Part shown: in pieces, positions 12,132 through 26,227 of the stretch | Layout: each line of letters opens with the position of its first letter | Position numbering within the stretch: position 1 is the stretch's first letter | Source: Dudresnaya verticillata | Taxonomy: Eukaryota | DNA: 64,000 bases | Direction of reading: 5' to 3' | NCBI GenBank assembly: GCA_977862235.1 | Contig: OZ374559.1 | Location: 2,046,001 to 2,110,000 of the forward strand | The notes under the pieces: generated by a model | The model's database searches: none | The model's input: only the letters and a program-made list of their open reading frames with translations | What the model was told of the DNA's origin: nothing | Translations under genes and position numbers: made by a program

Positions 12132-12911
12132 CTACTGGCATTGGGAATTGCACTTGTAGTGCTTTAGTAGAGCATTCATATCCGCCTTCATCAGTGACAA
12201 ATACTTTGCGACGCGCACTTTATCGCGATCCTCTGACAGCTTCCCGCAAAGATCCACACTGTATGCCCCACCACTCTCGTTACACTTTTGGTTCAAGTGA
12301 TAGATGAAATGTTCCACCCTTGCCGTGTACCACTCAACGCTACCTTGACTGTTGACTACGCGAACAGTCGCAGCGCTCTCCACAATCACGTTGCTAGCGG
12401 CCGTAGGGCCTTGAAGAATTTGCTTGCCGTTTGTGCGGATTCCTGTGCATTCGTCCGCTCGATCGATCATCGCAAGGCTCTCCATCATATTCCCGTTCAC
12501 AGGGTAAGAAGAAGCCACGGAACATGCGGTTGTGCACACGTGGCAAACAGTAGCAGTTCGGGTTGCTCCGCATTCTGCGTACGACGCGTTACAGAAGCAC
12601 CGGAGCAACCTCCGGCCTGGGTCAGTGTTGAGAGCGGCAAATGCCAACCGTACCAGACGATTCTGGGCTGCGGCAGCTGCCACCAAGCGTAGCCCCCGAA
12701 TTCGGAAAGCGAACAGTCCTCCGACGGCCACAGCCACTAAGCACACGGCTACGGCGTTCTTTTCCTGAGGGGTCTTGAGGTAGTCTGGCTTCTGCTCTAC
12801 GGCAACGCTATCGTGCCTGGTCTTTGCGGATGCGATGGGTTGAATCAGCACCGCCACGAACAACATGAGCAGCGGAACAGTGGAAAGGGTTTTGGACATC
12901 ATGACAGCCAT
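12132..12911 (-). CDS. 12-Cys protein B, copy 2
   Basis: Translation identical to copy 1. Confidence 0.88.
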   Translation of the reverse strand: MAVMMSKTLSTVPLLMLFVAVLIQPIASAKTRHDSVAVEQKPDYLKTPQEKNAVAVCLVAVAVGGLFAFRIRGLRLVAAAAAQNRLVRLAFAALNTDPGRRLLRCFCNASYAECGATRTATVCHVCTTACSVASSYPVNGNMMESLAMIDRADECTGIRTNGKQILQGPTAASNVIVESAATVRVVNSQGSVEWYTARVEHFIYHLNQKCNESGGAYSVDLCGKLSEDRDKVRVAKYLSLMKADMNALLKHYKCNSQCQ

Positions 12912-15900
12912 TGCAGTGTGTGTTTGTGTGTGTGTGTGTGTGTGTATGTGTGTGTGTGTGTGTGTGGGAGGGGGTCAAAATCGTATTACCAGTGCTCACG
13001 ATGTAGTGGAGCAAGTTGCTTGGTAGCTTTCTGGGCGGACTGTTGATGTGATGGATCGTGATATTCATAGCCGCAAGTTGTTGCTTTACAATATATACCA
13101 CTAGGAAGAGCAAGTGCAGGAAGCGGTATGGTGGTATGGTGTTCAACCAGGAGAACTACCACGTTGTAGTGTAGAAAACGGGGCCCGCTTTGTGGTCTAC
13201 TCAGTTTAGGATCAGTTCTTTGAAAAGGGGAAGATACGCCTATGGCGTAGGGGTGAAGTGAGGGCTATGGCATTTGCCGATGAAGGAGTCTTTTCCGGAA
13301 GAGTTGTGGGAATGTTTGTATGGGTTTGATTGGTTGAAGGGCGCAAAGTATTATTTAGATGAACATTTGTGTTTTTTGTTGCCATCGCAATCGGCTCCTC
13401 CTGTGCGAAGGGCGGAGCTCCGACACGTCGCCGATTCACTCCCAACCTCCCAATTTTCAAAGAGCCCCTTTATCCTCGACAAGACACTCCGCACAGCTCT
13501 TCGCCTACGCCAAATGTTGCGCAGTGCATTGAGCACTGCTGCATCCCGCGAATCTGTGTCCTTCTGTCCTTGGTAGGCCCATATTTGTTGGCTGCAAAGC
13601 TCCCATGCATTGTGTGTTCAAAGCGTAAAGCTTCGTAGTGACTGCAGCGCAGTTATAGCTTTTCGACATAATCCATGTCCTTCAAACACACTGATTCCCG
13701 TAATAGATTTCCGCCCTTCTCCTAGCAACATCACCTTAGGATGATGATCACAAACTGGGCTACACATGTGGAGACACATAGAGGTGAGCTCTCTCACCTG
13801 AGAGATACTATTTTTTCTGTGGGATCCTCGGAAACGTTTTCTGCCTCATACACAGTAATTCAGTGGAAATCTGGATGTCACCGTACCAGTTCTGGCAATC
13901 TTTCTCGGCTGCTTAGATTCTTGACGCATATTAAGGCGATACTCCTAGATTCTTTTGCATAGGCGTTTAGAGATGCGAAGCGCTAGATTTTACAGAGGAG
14001 TGCCTCCTCCTTGGTTATTGCTTCGGGGGAATCATGTATGTATAAATAGAGGCTGTCTGCAACCACATAGCTAACTTCAAAGTTTCCAAGCGTTAACAGT
14101 TTCCAGTGTAGAACGTCTGTTTTCACTTCACCTTATTGTCCAAAATATTTTACAGACTTGCATTGGTCTTGGGACGTCAATGCGTGCACAGTACTCGAAG
14201 AATTTTTCACGTTTCTGCAGTTCATTTGTCCTTCTGGACATGGCACTTTCAGTCTAGAAATTTCGTTGAAGTAAATGAGAGTCGATGGCAAACCCACAAA
14301 ATGTTCATCAGGCATGAACGATGTGAAAGGTTCCTCCTCTTCGCTTAGAATCTGATTCAAATTCGTCCATCATCAGTTACTACATCTGTACTGGAAAGAA
14401 TAGAAAGCTGAGTGGCACGTGTTATACACGGTAAGGAGGGGCCGCGGCTAGTGCATGGCTCTAAAACCAGCTCTAAAATATCATTGACATATAGTTGAAT
14501 GCCTTTCCCACTAATTGCATTTCTAATAACTCAGGTTTCGTCTCGAGTTGAATGACCTAGCTATCAGAGTGCTGGTGCAAGGCCGAACCCGTCCGGAATC
14601 TCTGCAAACCTTGAAGGCATCTCAAAAATATTACACTCTATCTATGTCTTCTGACAATGAGAGGTCTGGCCTGAGAACAGTTATTAAAAAACGCATTGGC
14701 TACCTAATGCATTCATTGTTATGATATGCCGATAATGTTATATTATGTTAATGGGTTTCAGCATATACGGCTGCAAAATTCCTCTGCGTTCCATTGCTTT
14801 ATTATATGCGACAGTTCTGGTCCGCTCTAAACAACCACTTTCGATACTAATATCATGCAAAAAACAAATGAGCAACACTGGAGACTCCTGTTGCTATGTA
14901 TGAGATAGCAACCTCTATTTATGTACCTTACCAAAAAATAATGATACAATGATACATTGTATACTAAATAAGAAGATTACCAGCATCGGTGCCCACTTCT
15001 GACAGAAAATAAACGTAGCCAAAATAAGGCAAAGTCAACTCAATCTATGAACGAGACCGGGAATGATAGGGACATAGCAACGAACTTCAGATTGAAGGGC
15101 ACAGTATGTTATACTACCTTGTTTTGTTATCACTGAATCTCTATAAGGGTTTCAGTCTTGCAAATGGTTGAGAGCATTATGTTCGGAGTCAGTACGGTAA
15201 GAACCATTTTCTTGAGAGTACACACAAAGAGGAATTAAAGAACTATTGCCACAAATTCACAAATTGGGGTTGGGCCTTTGCGCCACCTCTAATCCTTTTG
15301 TGCTTCATATATCTCAGCGTTCTTATCGTACGAAAATAGTTCTATTCACAGGAATTGACTGAGACAACGCATTTAGTCTATGTTGTTGTCTCGGACACTA
15401 GCGATGAGAATACACGTTCACTCCAAGTGCCTTACAATGCAATACGTCTACTGGGAATTCTAGAGCCCGCGGTAAACTCTTTCCGCAGCGTGCAACAGCA
15501 ACAAGCATCGAACTGAGGTGCCAGCCGTGTGAAGAGCCGTTGACAGGAAGACGGTCCGACTCGCAAGGTAGCTTTCAGCACGGAGGCGAAACGTTGCGAG
15601 TCGGGCGGAAGAGGAGGGGGATTTCTGCCAGCATGGAGATGCGCTCGGTACGAGTGGGATCGATGGAACAATGGCGAACATGTCGATGAGGCTGACCACT
15701 CGTTCTGGGAGGATGCCCTGAAGCTGTTGGTTACGGAGAACCTATTTTTTGCAAAAATGGCGTCAGAGAAAATGGGCGCATATGCAACCGCGGAAGAGCC
15801 CCCTGTTCTGCCTACACAACATCCGTCAGATCCTTCCTACGTCAACATCTGAATTGAAAGATACCCTCGAAGGCCCTCGAAGGTACGACATCATCGGATA

Positions 15901-17227
15901 AACCATTGGCTGCTGTACCATGTTGCTACCGAAGAGAGCATTGCATTGCCTTCATACACCATATCGCCCAGCTAGGTCTGTGGACAGGAAGTTTAATTTG
16001 CGCCGTCAACGATAGTTGCTTTGTAGAAAGTTTTGGATAACGCTACGTATGTTTCAAAGTAGAAAACCCGATTTGTCGCAAACTGAAAGGCGGATAATCA
16101 TGGAAAAAAGATTCGGTACAATGTGACTTTCGCAACACAACTCCGCGTTAGATGGTATGGCCATTCTGCCAGGCTCAATACGCCTTGAGTCGACCTCGAA
16201 ATTCAGTAAGTACTCCCGGCCAGAAACATCTTCTGCCAACAAACATTAGCCCTAATTCTATGAATACTGCATCTTCTACTATTCTCGGAAGAGAGGAGAC
16301 TCAGAAAATCTTCTGAGACATGCTGAGTCAGGAGAAAGGGAATGATGTAGGCAATTGTAGAAGATTTCTGATCTTGACGGGTTCAATCACCACCCATTCG
16401 CTCGTTGCAATTTTTCATGTGATGACACATGTTCTCATAGGTTTGTTATAAACCCGATCGACTCTGTCTTGTGTTCTATTTTCATCACTCTCTTCCCTGT
16501 TTGTAATAAAAACAAGTCACTTTCCTTACAACTTGCAACGTGTAGAGCCAGTAACGTTACTGCTTCAGCTGTAGACCCACATATTCAGCTCAGTGAGTAT
16601 GTGCTGCAAAGCGTTTTGCTTCTATTGCCAACCCTACACGCGTAACTTGACACTCCAAACAAAGGGGCTCGCGGCTCACACTTGCGCTTTCGTTTCTCAG
16701 CCGAGGAAACGACAAGTCTCCCTAACAATCCATCCATTAAGCTCTAGAGTCTGTTTGATATAAAATTGCATCTCCTCCATTGGCCCCCTCCAAGTCCATC
16801 CGCGGAGAGAGCGTCGATCGCAATGGGGAACGATACAGTCTACGAATGAAGTTTCAACGGAATCAGAGAGTACCAGATCCATGAGAGTTGAGCATATGCA
16901 AATTGTACTGGCCAGCATATTCTGGACCATCTGGGCTTGCAAAGTAGCAGAACGTGCAGGGTGGGTGTTTCCCTTTTCCGGGTTCCAAGAATAGAATTGC
17001 AAACATACCAACAGAAACAATGGAGGAATAGAGGATGCCATCCAGAACGGTTTCTTCCTTTTGCAGATCGACTGAATTCACATACAGAGACGCAGTCCTG
17101 ATCTTCAACTTCACTGCTTGTAGTTCGGAGGAAGCAAGACAGAAAACGATACTTAAGAAGGTGGGTGACTGCGTTCTCGCTATTGCATTGCGTTCGCAAG
17201 CCACTACTCCTCAGCCTGCCTTCCGAA

Positions 17228-18034
17228 ATGAACACGCGGTTTGTATCTATCCCGATTTTACTGCTTCTCGCAGCGGCGGTTCTGCAACCGGCGGAGTCGT
17301 ACAGGAGAAAGCATGAACGTTCAGCAGTCAGGAAGAATAGGGATGACTACCTCAAATCTACCGACGAAAAGATACTTGTGCCGGCTTGTGTAGTTATAGG
17401 AGCGATTGGTGGTGCAGTTGCGCTGCGCAATCGGGCGTTCAGGTTGGCGTCTATCAGGGCCGCTTCCGAGCTAGAGAACGCCAGTTGGCCGGTTAAGTTG
17501 GCTATTGCGGCACTGGACACGGAAGTGGTCAAGTCGGCACTGGCATGCTTCTGCCAAACGACAAACACTGTGTGCCGCGAGAATCGAAAGAAAGAGGCGT
17601 GCCTTATATGTGCCGGGGTTTGTGGTTTCGCCGAGATGCTTCCGCCGCAGGGCAGGTCGGACATCGCAGACGAGCTGAGCGCGATGGGGAGGCAATGCGC
17701 ATCCGTGCAGACTGGCAGGCAGGTTGTTGTCGGAGGATCACAAGATGCGGTATACGGATCGGTGCGGGATATTGATGACGCCAACTTTTACCGGAACAAG
17801 GTGAACAACTACATGAAGGATCTGGCGACGAGATGCCCGCAGACCGGTGGAGATTACAGCCCGGATTGTCAGCAGTACTACTCCGGCGTGGAGGCGCGGA
17901 ACAAACTGCGACAGAAAGAGTTTGAATATTGGATTCTGAACGACTATAGGGAGGTGATGAAGTCCTATTCGTGTGGGGGCGACTGTCAAGGGATGGGTGT
18001 TCCTGGCGATGGGGGAGAGAAGCCGACCGGTTAG
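17228..18034 (+). CDS. 12-Cys protein A, copy 3
   Basis: Translation identical to copy 1. Confidence 0.88.
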   Translation: MNTRFVSIPILLLLAAAVLQPAESYRRKHERSAVRKNRDDYLKSTDEKILVPACVVIGAIGGAVALRNRAFRLASIRAASELENASWPVKLAIAALDTEVVKSALACFCQTTNTVCRENRKKEACLICAGVCGFAEMLPPQGRSDIADELSAMGRQCASVQTGRQVVVGGSQDAVYGSVRDIDDANFYRNKVNNYMKDLATRCPQTGGDYSPDCQQYYSGVEARNKLRQKEFEYWILNDYREVMKSYSCGGDCQGMGVPGDGGEKPTG

Positions 18035-19180
18035 TCGAGCAACTGTGATCCTCGGCGGAGCCCATTCCTTGAGTACACAATGGGCCTGCGTTATACGGAG
18101 AGGGGCTACTCTCACGGGGAGCATGGAAACTCCTATGGGAAGTACGTGCAGCATCCAGCATAGGATTGCCACCGGGACGGGAGTAGCCCGCTCTGAGCTT
18201 TAGTAAATTGTTGCGTGCGTTTGCCAAGAATGCTTCTTCCGTGACACCGCAGCCCCCGCTACAACGGGCTACATCTCTGCGAGAGTACACGCGAGACGGC
18301 GACGCGTATATTGTAGATGGCGGTGCTGCGCTTCCTTCTCGAACGAAATCGCATCGAACGTCTTCACCAGACACACCGTGGTATTGCGTCTCGCAAGCAA
18401 GGCATCTCAAAAGGACTCCAACGTATGTCTTCTGCAAAATGAGAGGTCTAGCCAGAGAATAGTTATTCAAGTAACGTGTTAGTTACCTAATGCAGTCATT
18501 GTTGGCAATGGCGGTGTCGACCGTGATGAGTTTTCACGGACCCCTAGCTGGTTTCAGGATTTCGGGATGATATCATACAATGGCCTGTTTTAAGCGTCAC
18601 TTCTCCCGGACGCTACCAGAGTCCAGTAGCACCGACATACACCCAATACAATACTGGGCTTCTAAACCCATGCTCCGCTAACCCCGAGTTTCAAAATCAC
18701 AATCCCATTTCCACCAGACTTGTGAGACCTCCATCCAATTTAGACATCACTGTAGAAAACAATGATGATGGAGACCTTTATGCATAGGAAAGTCCAAAGT
18801 AGTGAAGGCCCAGTATAAAACAAAAACGTATGGCCTCAGTTGTGAATCAGTACGGGAAAGGGGGTAGCCCGTAATGTTAACCTGAAGAAGGCATGCAAAA
18901 GAAAATCAGTATCACTGAAACAAGACCATCAAGAGTAAACATTCTGTCCGTGTATTTCAACATGTTCCATATAATGGAATAAGCGTTCTCTTTTTCTTGT
19001 TGCAGAGAATTGGTAGATCAAATGTATGATGCTAAACTTTGTTGTTTACGATTGCAACAGGAATAGAATCCGCCAGCATTGGCAATGGGTGGCCTAGAGC
19101 CACTGCCTTGTTCATCAAGGTATATTCTTATTATTCTTATACTGTATGCCTTGCATACGCCCTAGTTGTGTCAAGTTGCC

Positions 19181-19960
19181 CTACTGGCATTGGGAATTGC
19201 ACTTGTAGTGCTTTAGTAGAGCATTCATATCCGCCTTCATCAGTGACAAATACTTTGCGACGCGCACTTTATCGCGATCCTCTGACAGCTTCCCGCAAAG
19301 ATCCACACTGTATGCCCCACCACTCTCGTTACACTTTTGGTTCAAGTGATAGATGAAATGTTCCACCCTTGCCGTGTACCACTCAACGCTACCTTGACTG
19401 TTGACTACGCGAACAGTCGCAGCGCTCTCCACAATCACGTTGCTAGCGGCCGTAGGGCCTTGAAGAATTTGCTTGCCGTTTGTGCGGATTCCTGTGCATT
19501 CGTCCGCTCGATCGATCATCGCAAGGCTCTCCATCATATTCCCGTTCACAGGGTAAGAAGAAGCCACGGAACATGCGGTTGTGCACACGTGGCAAACAGT
19601 AGCAGTTCGGGTTGCTCCGCATTCTGCGTACGACGCGTTACAGAAGCACCGGAGCAACCTCCGGCCTGGGTCAGTGTTGAGAGCGGCAAATGCCAACCGT
19701 ACCAGACGATTCTGGGCTGCGGCAGCTGCCACCAAGCGTAGCCCCCGAATTCGGAAAGCGAACAGTCCTCCGACGGCCACAGCCACTAAGCACACGGCTA
19801 CGGCGTTCTTTTCCTGAGGGGTCTTGAGGTAGTCTGGCTTCTGCTCTACGGCAACGCTATCGTGCCTGGTCTTTGCGGATGCGATGGGTTGAATCAGCAC
19901 CGCCACGAACAACATGAGCAGCGGAACAGTGGAAAGGGTTTTGGACATCATGACAGCCAT
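19181..19960 (-). CDS. 12-Cys protein B, copy 3
   Basis: Translation identical to copy 1. Confidence 0.88.
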   Translation of the reverse strand: MAVMMSKTLSTVPLLMLFVAVLIQPIASAKTRHDSVAVEQKPDYLKTPQEKNAVAVCLVAVAVGGLFAFRIRGLRLVAAAAAQNRLVRLAFAALNTDPGRRLLRCFCNASYAECGATRTATVCHVCTTACSVASSYPVNGNMMESLAMIDRADECTGIRTNGKQILQGPTAASNVIVESAATVRVVNSQGSVEWYTARVEHFIYHLNQKCNESGGAYSVDLCGKLSEDRDKVRVAKYLSLMKADMNALLKHYKCNSQCQ

Positions 19961-22900
19961 TGCAGTGTGTGTTTGTGTGTGTGTGTGTGTGTGTATGTGT
20001 GTGTGTGTGTGTGGGAGGGGGTCAAAATCGTATTACCAGTGCTCACGATGTAGTGGAGCAAGTTGCTTGGTAGCTTTCTGGGCGGACTGTTGATGTGATG
20101 GATCGTGATATTCATAGCCGCAAGTTGTTGCTTTACAATATATACCACTAGGAAGAGCAAGTGCAGGAAGCGGTATGGTGGTATGGTGTTCAACCAGGAG
20201 AACTACCACGTTGTAGTGTAGAAAACGGGGCCCGCTTTGTGGTCTACTCAGTTTAGGATCAGTTCTTTGAAAAGGGGAAGATACGCCTATGGCGTAGGGG
20301 TGAAGTGAGGGCTATGGCATTTGCCGATGAAGGAGTCTTTTCCGGAAGAGTTGTGGGAATGTTTGTATGGGTTTGATTGGTTGAAGGGCGCAAAGTATTA
20401 TTTAGATGAACATTTGTGTTTTTTGTTGCCATCGCAATCGGCTCCTCCTGTGCGAAGGGCGGAGCTCCGACACGTCGCCGATTCACTCCCAACCTCCCAA
20501 TTTTCAAAGAGCCCCTTTATCCTCGACAAGACACTCCGCACAGCTCTTCGCCTACGCCAAATGTTGCGCAGTGCATTGAGCACTGCTGCATCCCGCGAAT
20601 CTGTGTCCTTCTGTCCTTGGTAGGCCCATATTTGTTGGCTGCAAAGCTCCCATGCATTGTGTGTTCAAAGCGTAAAGCTTCGTAGTGACTGCAGCGCAGT
20701 TATAGCTTTTCGACATAATCCATGTCCTTCAAACACACTGATTCCCGTAATAGATTTCCGCCCTTCTCCTAGCAACATCACCTTAGGATGATGATCACAA
20801 ACTGGGCTACACATGTGGAGACACATAGAGGTGAGCTCTCTCACCTGAGAGATACTATTTTTTCTGTGGGATCCTCGGAAACGTTTTCTGCCTCATACAC
20901 AGTAATTCAGTGGAAATCTGGATGTCACCGTACCAGTTCTGGCAATCTTTCTCGGCTGCTTAGATTCTTGACGCATATTAAGGCGATACTCCTAGATTCT
21001 TTTGCATAGGCGTTTAGAGATGCGAAGCGCTAGATTTTACAGAGGAGTGCCTCCTCCTTGGTTATTGCTTCGGGGGAATCATGTATGTATAAATAGAGGC
21101 TGTCTGCAACCACATAGCTAACTTCAAAGTTTCCAAGCGTTAACAGTTTCCAGTGTAGAACGTCTGTTTTCACTTCACCTTATTGTCCAAAATATTTTAC
21201 AGACTTGCATTGGTCTTGGGACGTCAATGCGTGCACAGTACTCGAAGAATTTTTCACGTTTCTGCAGTTCATTTGTCCTTCTGGACATGGCACTTTCAGT
21301 CTAGAAATTTCGTTGAAGTAAATGAGAGTCGATGGCAAACCCACAAAATGTTCATCAGGCATGAACGATGTGAAAGGTTCCTCCTCTTCGCTTAGAATCT
21401 GATTCAAATTCGTCCATCATCAGTTACTACATCTGTACTGGAAAGAATAGAAAGCTGAGTGGCACGTGTTATACACGGTAAGGAGGGGCCGCGGCTAGTG
21501 CATGGCTCTAAAACCAGCTCTAAAATATCATTGACATATAGTTGAATGCCTTTCCCACTAATTGCATTTCTAATAACTCAGGTTTCGTCTCGAGTTGAAT
21601 GACCTAGCTATCAGAGTGCTGGTGCAAGGCCGAACCCGTCCGGAATCTCTGCAAACCTTGAAGGCATCTCAAAAATATTACACTCTATCTATGTCTTCTG
21701 ACAATGAGAGGTCTGGCCTGAGAACAGTTATTAAAAAACGCATTGGCTACCTAATGCATTCATTGTTATGATATGCCGATAATGTTATATTATGTTAATG
21801 GGTTTCAGCATATACGGCTGCAAAATTCCTCTGCGTTCCATTGCTTTATTATATGCGACAGTTCTGGTCCGCTCTAAACAACCACTTTCGATACTAATAT
21901 CATGCAAAAAACAAATGAGCAACACTGGAGACTCCTGTTGCTATGTATGAGATAGCAACCTCTATTTATGTACCTTACCAAAAAATAATGATACAATGAT
22001 ACATTGTATACTAAATAAGAAGATTACCAGCATCGGTGCCCACTTCTGACAGAAAATAAACGTAGCCAAAATAAGGCAAAGTCAACTCAATCTATGAACG
22101 AGACCGGGAATGATAGGGACATAGCAACGAACTTCAGATTGAAGGGCACAGTATGTTATACTACCTTGTTTTGTTATCACTGAATCTCTATAAGGGTTTC
22201 AGTCTTGCAAATGGTTGAGAGCATTATGTTCGGAGTCAGTACGGTAAGAACCATTTTCTTGAGAGTACACACAAAGAGGAATTAAAGAACTATTGCCACA
22301 AATTCACAAATTGGGGTTGGGCCTTTGCGCCACCTCTAATCCTTTTGTGCTTCATATATCTCAGCGTTCTTATCGTACGAAAATAGTTCTATTCACAGGA
22401 ATTGACTGAGACAACGCATTTAGTCTATGTTGTTGTCTCGGACACTAGCGATGAGAATACACGTTCACTCCAAGTGCCTTACAATGCAATACGTCTACTG
22501 GGAATTCTAGAGCCCGCGGTAAACTCTTTCCGCAGCGTGCAACAGCAACAAGCATCGAACTGAGGTGCCAGCCGTGTGAAGAGCCGTTGACAGGAAGACG
22601 GTCCGACTCGCAAGGTAGCTTTCAGCACGGAGGCGAAACGTTGCGAGTCGCGCGGAAGAGGAGGGGGATTTCTGCCAGCATGGAGATGCGCTCGGTACGA
22701 GTGGGATCGATGGAACAATGGCGAACATGTCGATGAGGCTGACCACTCGTTCTGGGAGGATGCCCTGAAGCTGTTGGTTACGGAGAACCTATTTTTTGCA
22801 AAAATGGCGTCAGAGAAAATGGGCGCATATGCAACCGCGGAAGAGCCCCCTGTTCTGCCTACACAACATCCGTCAGATCCTTCCTACGTCAACATCTGAA

Positions 22901-24274
22901 TTGAAAGATACCCTCGAAGGCCCTCGAAGGTACGACATCATCGGATAAACCATTGGCTGCTGTACCATGTTGCTACCGAAGAGAGCATTGCATTGCCTTC
23001 ATACACCATATCGCCCAGCTAGGTCTGTGGACAGGAAGTTTAATTTGCGCCGTCAACGATAGTTGCTTTGTAGAAAGTTTTGGATAACGCTACGTATGTT
23101 TCAAAGTAGAAAACCCGATTTGTCGCAAACTGAAAGGCGGATAATCATGGAAAAAAGATTCGGTACAATGTGACTTTCGCAACACAACTCCGCGTTAGAT
23201 GGTATGGCCATTCTGCCAGGCTCAATACGCCTTGAGTCGACCTCGAAATTCAGTAAGTACTCCCGGCCAGAAACATCTTCTGCCAACAAACATTAGCCCT
23301 AATTCTATGAATACTGCATCTTCTACTATTCTCGGAAGAGAGGAGACTCAGAAAATCTTCTGAGACATGCTGAGTCAGGAGAAAGGGAATGATGTAGGCA
23401 ATTGTAGAAGATTTCTGATCTTGACGGGTTCAATCACCACCCATTCGCTCGTTGCAATTTTTCATGTGATGACACATGTTCTCATAGGTTTGTTATAAAC
23501 CCGATCGACTCTGTCTTGTGTTCTATTTTCATCACTCTCTTCCCTGTTTGTAATAAAAACAAGTCACTTTCCTTACAACTTGCAACGTGTAGAGCCAGTA
23601 ACGTTACTGCTTCAGCTGTAGACCCACATATTCAGCTCAGTGAGTATGTGCTGCAAAGCGTTTTGCTTCTATTGCCAACCCTACACGCGTAACTTGACAC
23701 TCCAAACAAAGGGGCTCGCGGCTCACACTTGCGCTTTCGTTTCTCAGCCGAGGAAACGACAAGTCTCCCTAACAATCCATCCATTAAGCTCTAGAGTCTG
23801 TTTGATATAAAATTGCATCTCCTCCATTGGCCCCCTCCAAGTCCATCCGCGGAGAGAGCGTCGATCGCAATGGGGAACGATACAGTCTACGAATGAAGTT
23901 TCAACGGAATCAGAGAGTACCAGATCCATGAGAGTTGAGCATATGCAAATTGTACTGGCCAGCATATTCTGGACCATCTGGGCTTGCAAAGTAGCAGAAC
24001 GTGCAGGGTGGGTGTTTCCCTTTTCCGGGTTCCAAGAATAGAATTGCAAACATACCAACAGAAACAATGGAGGAATAGAGGATGCCATCCAGAACGGTTT
24101 CTTCCTTTTGCAGATCGACTGAATTCACATACAGAGACGCAGTCCTGATCTTCAACTTCACTGCTTGTAGTTCGGAGGAAGCAAGACAGAAAACGATACT
24201 TAAGAAGGTGGGTGACTGCGTTCTCGCTATTGCATTGCGTTCGCAAGCCACTACTCCTCAGCCTGCCTTCCGAA

Positions 24275-25081
24275 ATGAACACGCGGTTTGTATCTATCCC
24301 GATTTTACTGCTTCTCGCAGCGGCGGTTCTGCAACCGGCGGAGTCGTACAGGAGAAAGCATGAACGTTCAGCAGTCAGGAAGAATAGGGATGACTACCTC
24401 AAATCTACCGACGAAAAGATACTTGTGCCGGCTTGTGTAGTTATAGGAGCGATTGGTGGTGCAGTTGCGCTGCGCAATCGGGCGTTCAGGTTGGCGTCTA
24501 TCAGGGCCGCTTCCGAGCTAGAGAACGCCAGTTGGCCGGTTAAGTTGGCTATTGCGGCACTGGACACGGAAGTGGTCAAGTCGGCACTGGCATGCTTCTG
24601 CCAAACGACAAACACTGTGTGCCGCGAGAATCGAAAGAAAGAGGCGTGCCTTATATGTGCCGGGGTTTGTGGTTTCGCCGAGATGCTTCCGCCGCAGGGC
24701 AGGTCGGACATCGCAGACGAGCTGAGCGCGATGGGGAGGCAATGCGCATCCGTGCAGACTGGCAGGCAGGTTGTTGTCGGAGGATCACAAGATGCGGTAT
24801 ACGGATCGGTGCGGGATATTGATGACGCCAACTTTTACCGGAACAAGGTGAACAACTACATGAAGGATCTGGCGACGAGATGCCCGCAGACCGGTGGAGA
24901 TTACAGCCCGGATTGTCAGCAGTACTACTCCGGCGTGGAGGCGCGGAACAAACTGCGACAGAAAGAGTTTGAATATTGGATTCTGAACGACTATAGGGAG
25001 GTGATGAAGTCCTATTCGTGTGGGGGCGACTGTCAAGGGATGGGTGTTCCTGGCGATGGGGGAGAGAAGCCGACCGGTTAG
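24275..25081 (+). CDS. 12-Cys protein A, copy 4
   Basis: Translation identical to copy 1. Confidence 0.88.
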   Translation: MNTRFVSIPILLLLAAAVLQPAESYRRKHERSAVRKNRDDYLKSTDEKILVPACVVIGAIGGAVALRNRAFRLASIRAASELENASWPVKLAIAALDTEVVKSALACFCQTTNTVCRENRKKEACLICAGVCGFAEMLPPQGRSDIADELSAMGRQCASVQTGRQVVVGGSQDAVYGSVRDIDDANFYRNKVNNYMKDLATRCPQTGGDYSPDCQQYYSGVEARNKLRQKEFEYWILNDYREVMKSYSCGGDCQGMGVPGDGGEKPTG

Positions 25082-26227
25082 TCGAGCAACTGTGATCCTC
25101 GGCGGAGCCCATTCCTTGAGTACACAATGGGCCTGCGTTATACGGAGAGGGGCTACTCTCACGGGGAGCATGGAAACTCCTATGGGAAGTACGTGCAGCA
25201 TCCAGCATAGGATTGCCACCGGGACGGGAGTAGCCCGCTCTGAGCTTTAGTAAATTGTTGCGTGCGTTTGCCAAGAATGCTTCTTCCGTGACACCGCAGC
25301 CCCCGCTACAACGGGCTACATCTCTGCGAGAGTACACGCGAGACGGCGACGCGTATATTGTAGATGGCGGTGCTGCGCTTCCTTCTCGAACGAAATCGCA
25401 TCGAACGTCTTCACCAGACACACCGTGGTATTGCGTCTCGCAAGCAAGGCATCTCAAAAGGACTCCAACGTATGTCTTCTGCAAAATGAGAGGTCTAGCC
25501 AGAGAATAGTTATTCAAGTAACGTGTTAGTTACCTAATGCAGTCATTGTTGGCAATGGCGGTGTCGACCGTGATGAGTTTTCACGGACCCCTAGCTGGTT
25601 TCAGGATTTCGGGATGATATCATACAATGGCCTGTTTTAAGCGTCACTTCTCCCGGACGCTACCAGAGTCCAGTAGCACCGACATACACCCAATACAATA
25701 CTGGGCTTCTAAACCCATGCTCCGCTAACCCCGAGTTTCAAAATCACAATCCCATTTCCACCAGACTTGTGAGACCTCCATCCAATTTAGACATCACTGT
25801 AGAAAACAATGATGATGGAGACCTTTATGCATAGGAAAGTCCAAAGTAGTGAAGGCCCAGTATAAAACAAAAACGTATGGCCTCAGTTGTGAATCAGTAC
25901 GGGAAAGGGGGTAGCCCGTAATGTTAACCTGAAGAAGGCATGCAAAAGAAAATCAGTATCACTGAAACAAGACCATCAAGAGTAAACATTCTGTCCGTGT
26001 ATTTCAACATGTTCCATATAATGGAATAAGCGTTCTCTTTTTCTTGTTGCAGAGAATTGGTAGATCAAATGTATGATGCTAAACTTTGTTGTTTACGATT
26101 GCAACAGGAATAGAATCCGCCAGCATTGGCAATGGGTGGCCTAGAGCCACTGCCTTGTTCATCAAGGTATATTCTTATTATTCTTATACTGTATGCCTTG
26201 CATACGCCCTAGTTGTGTCAAGTTGCC

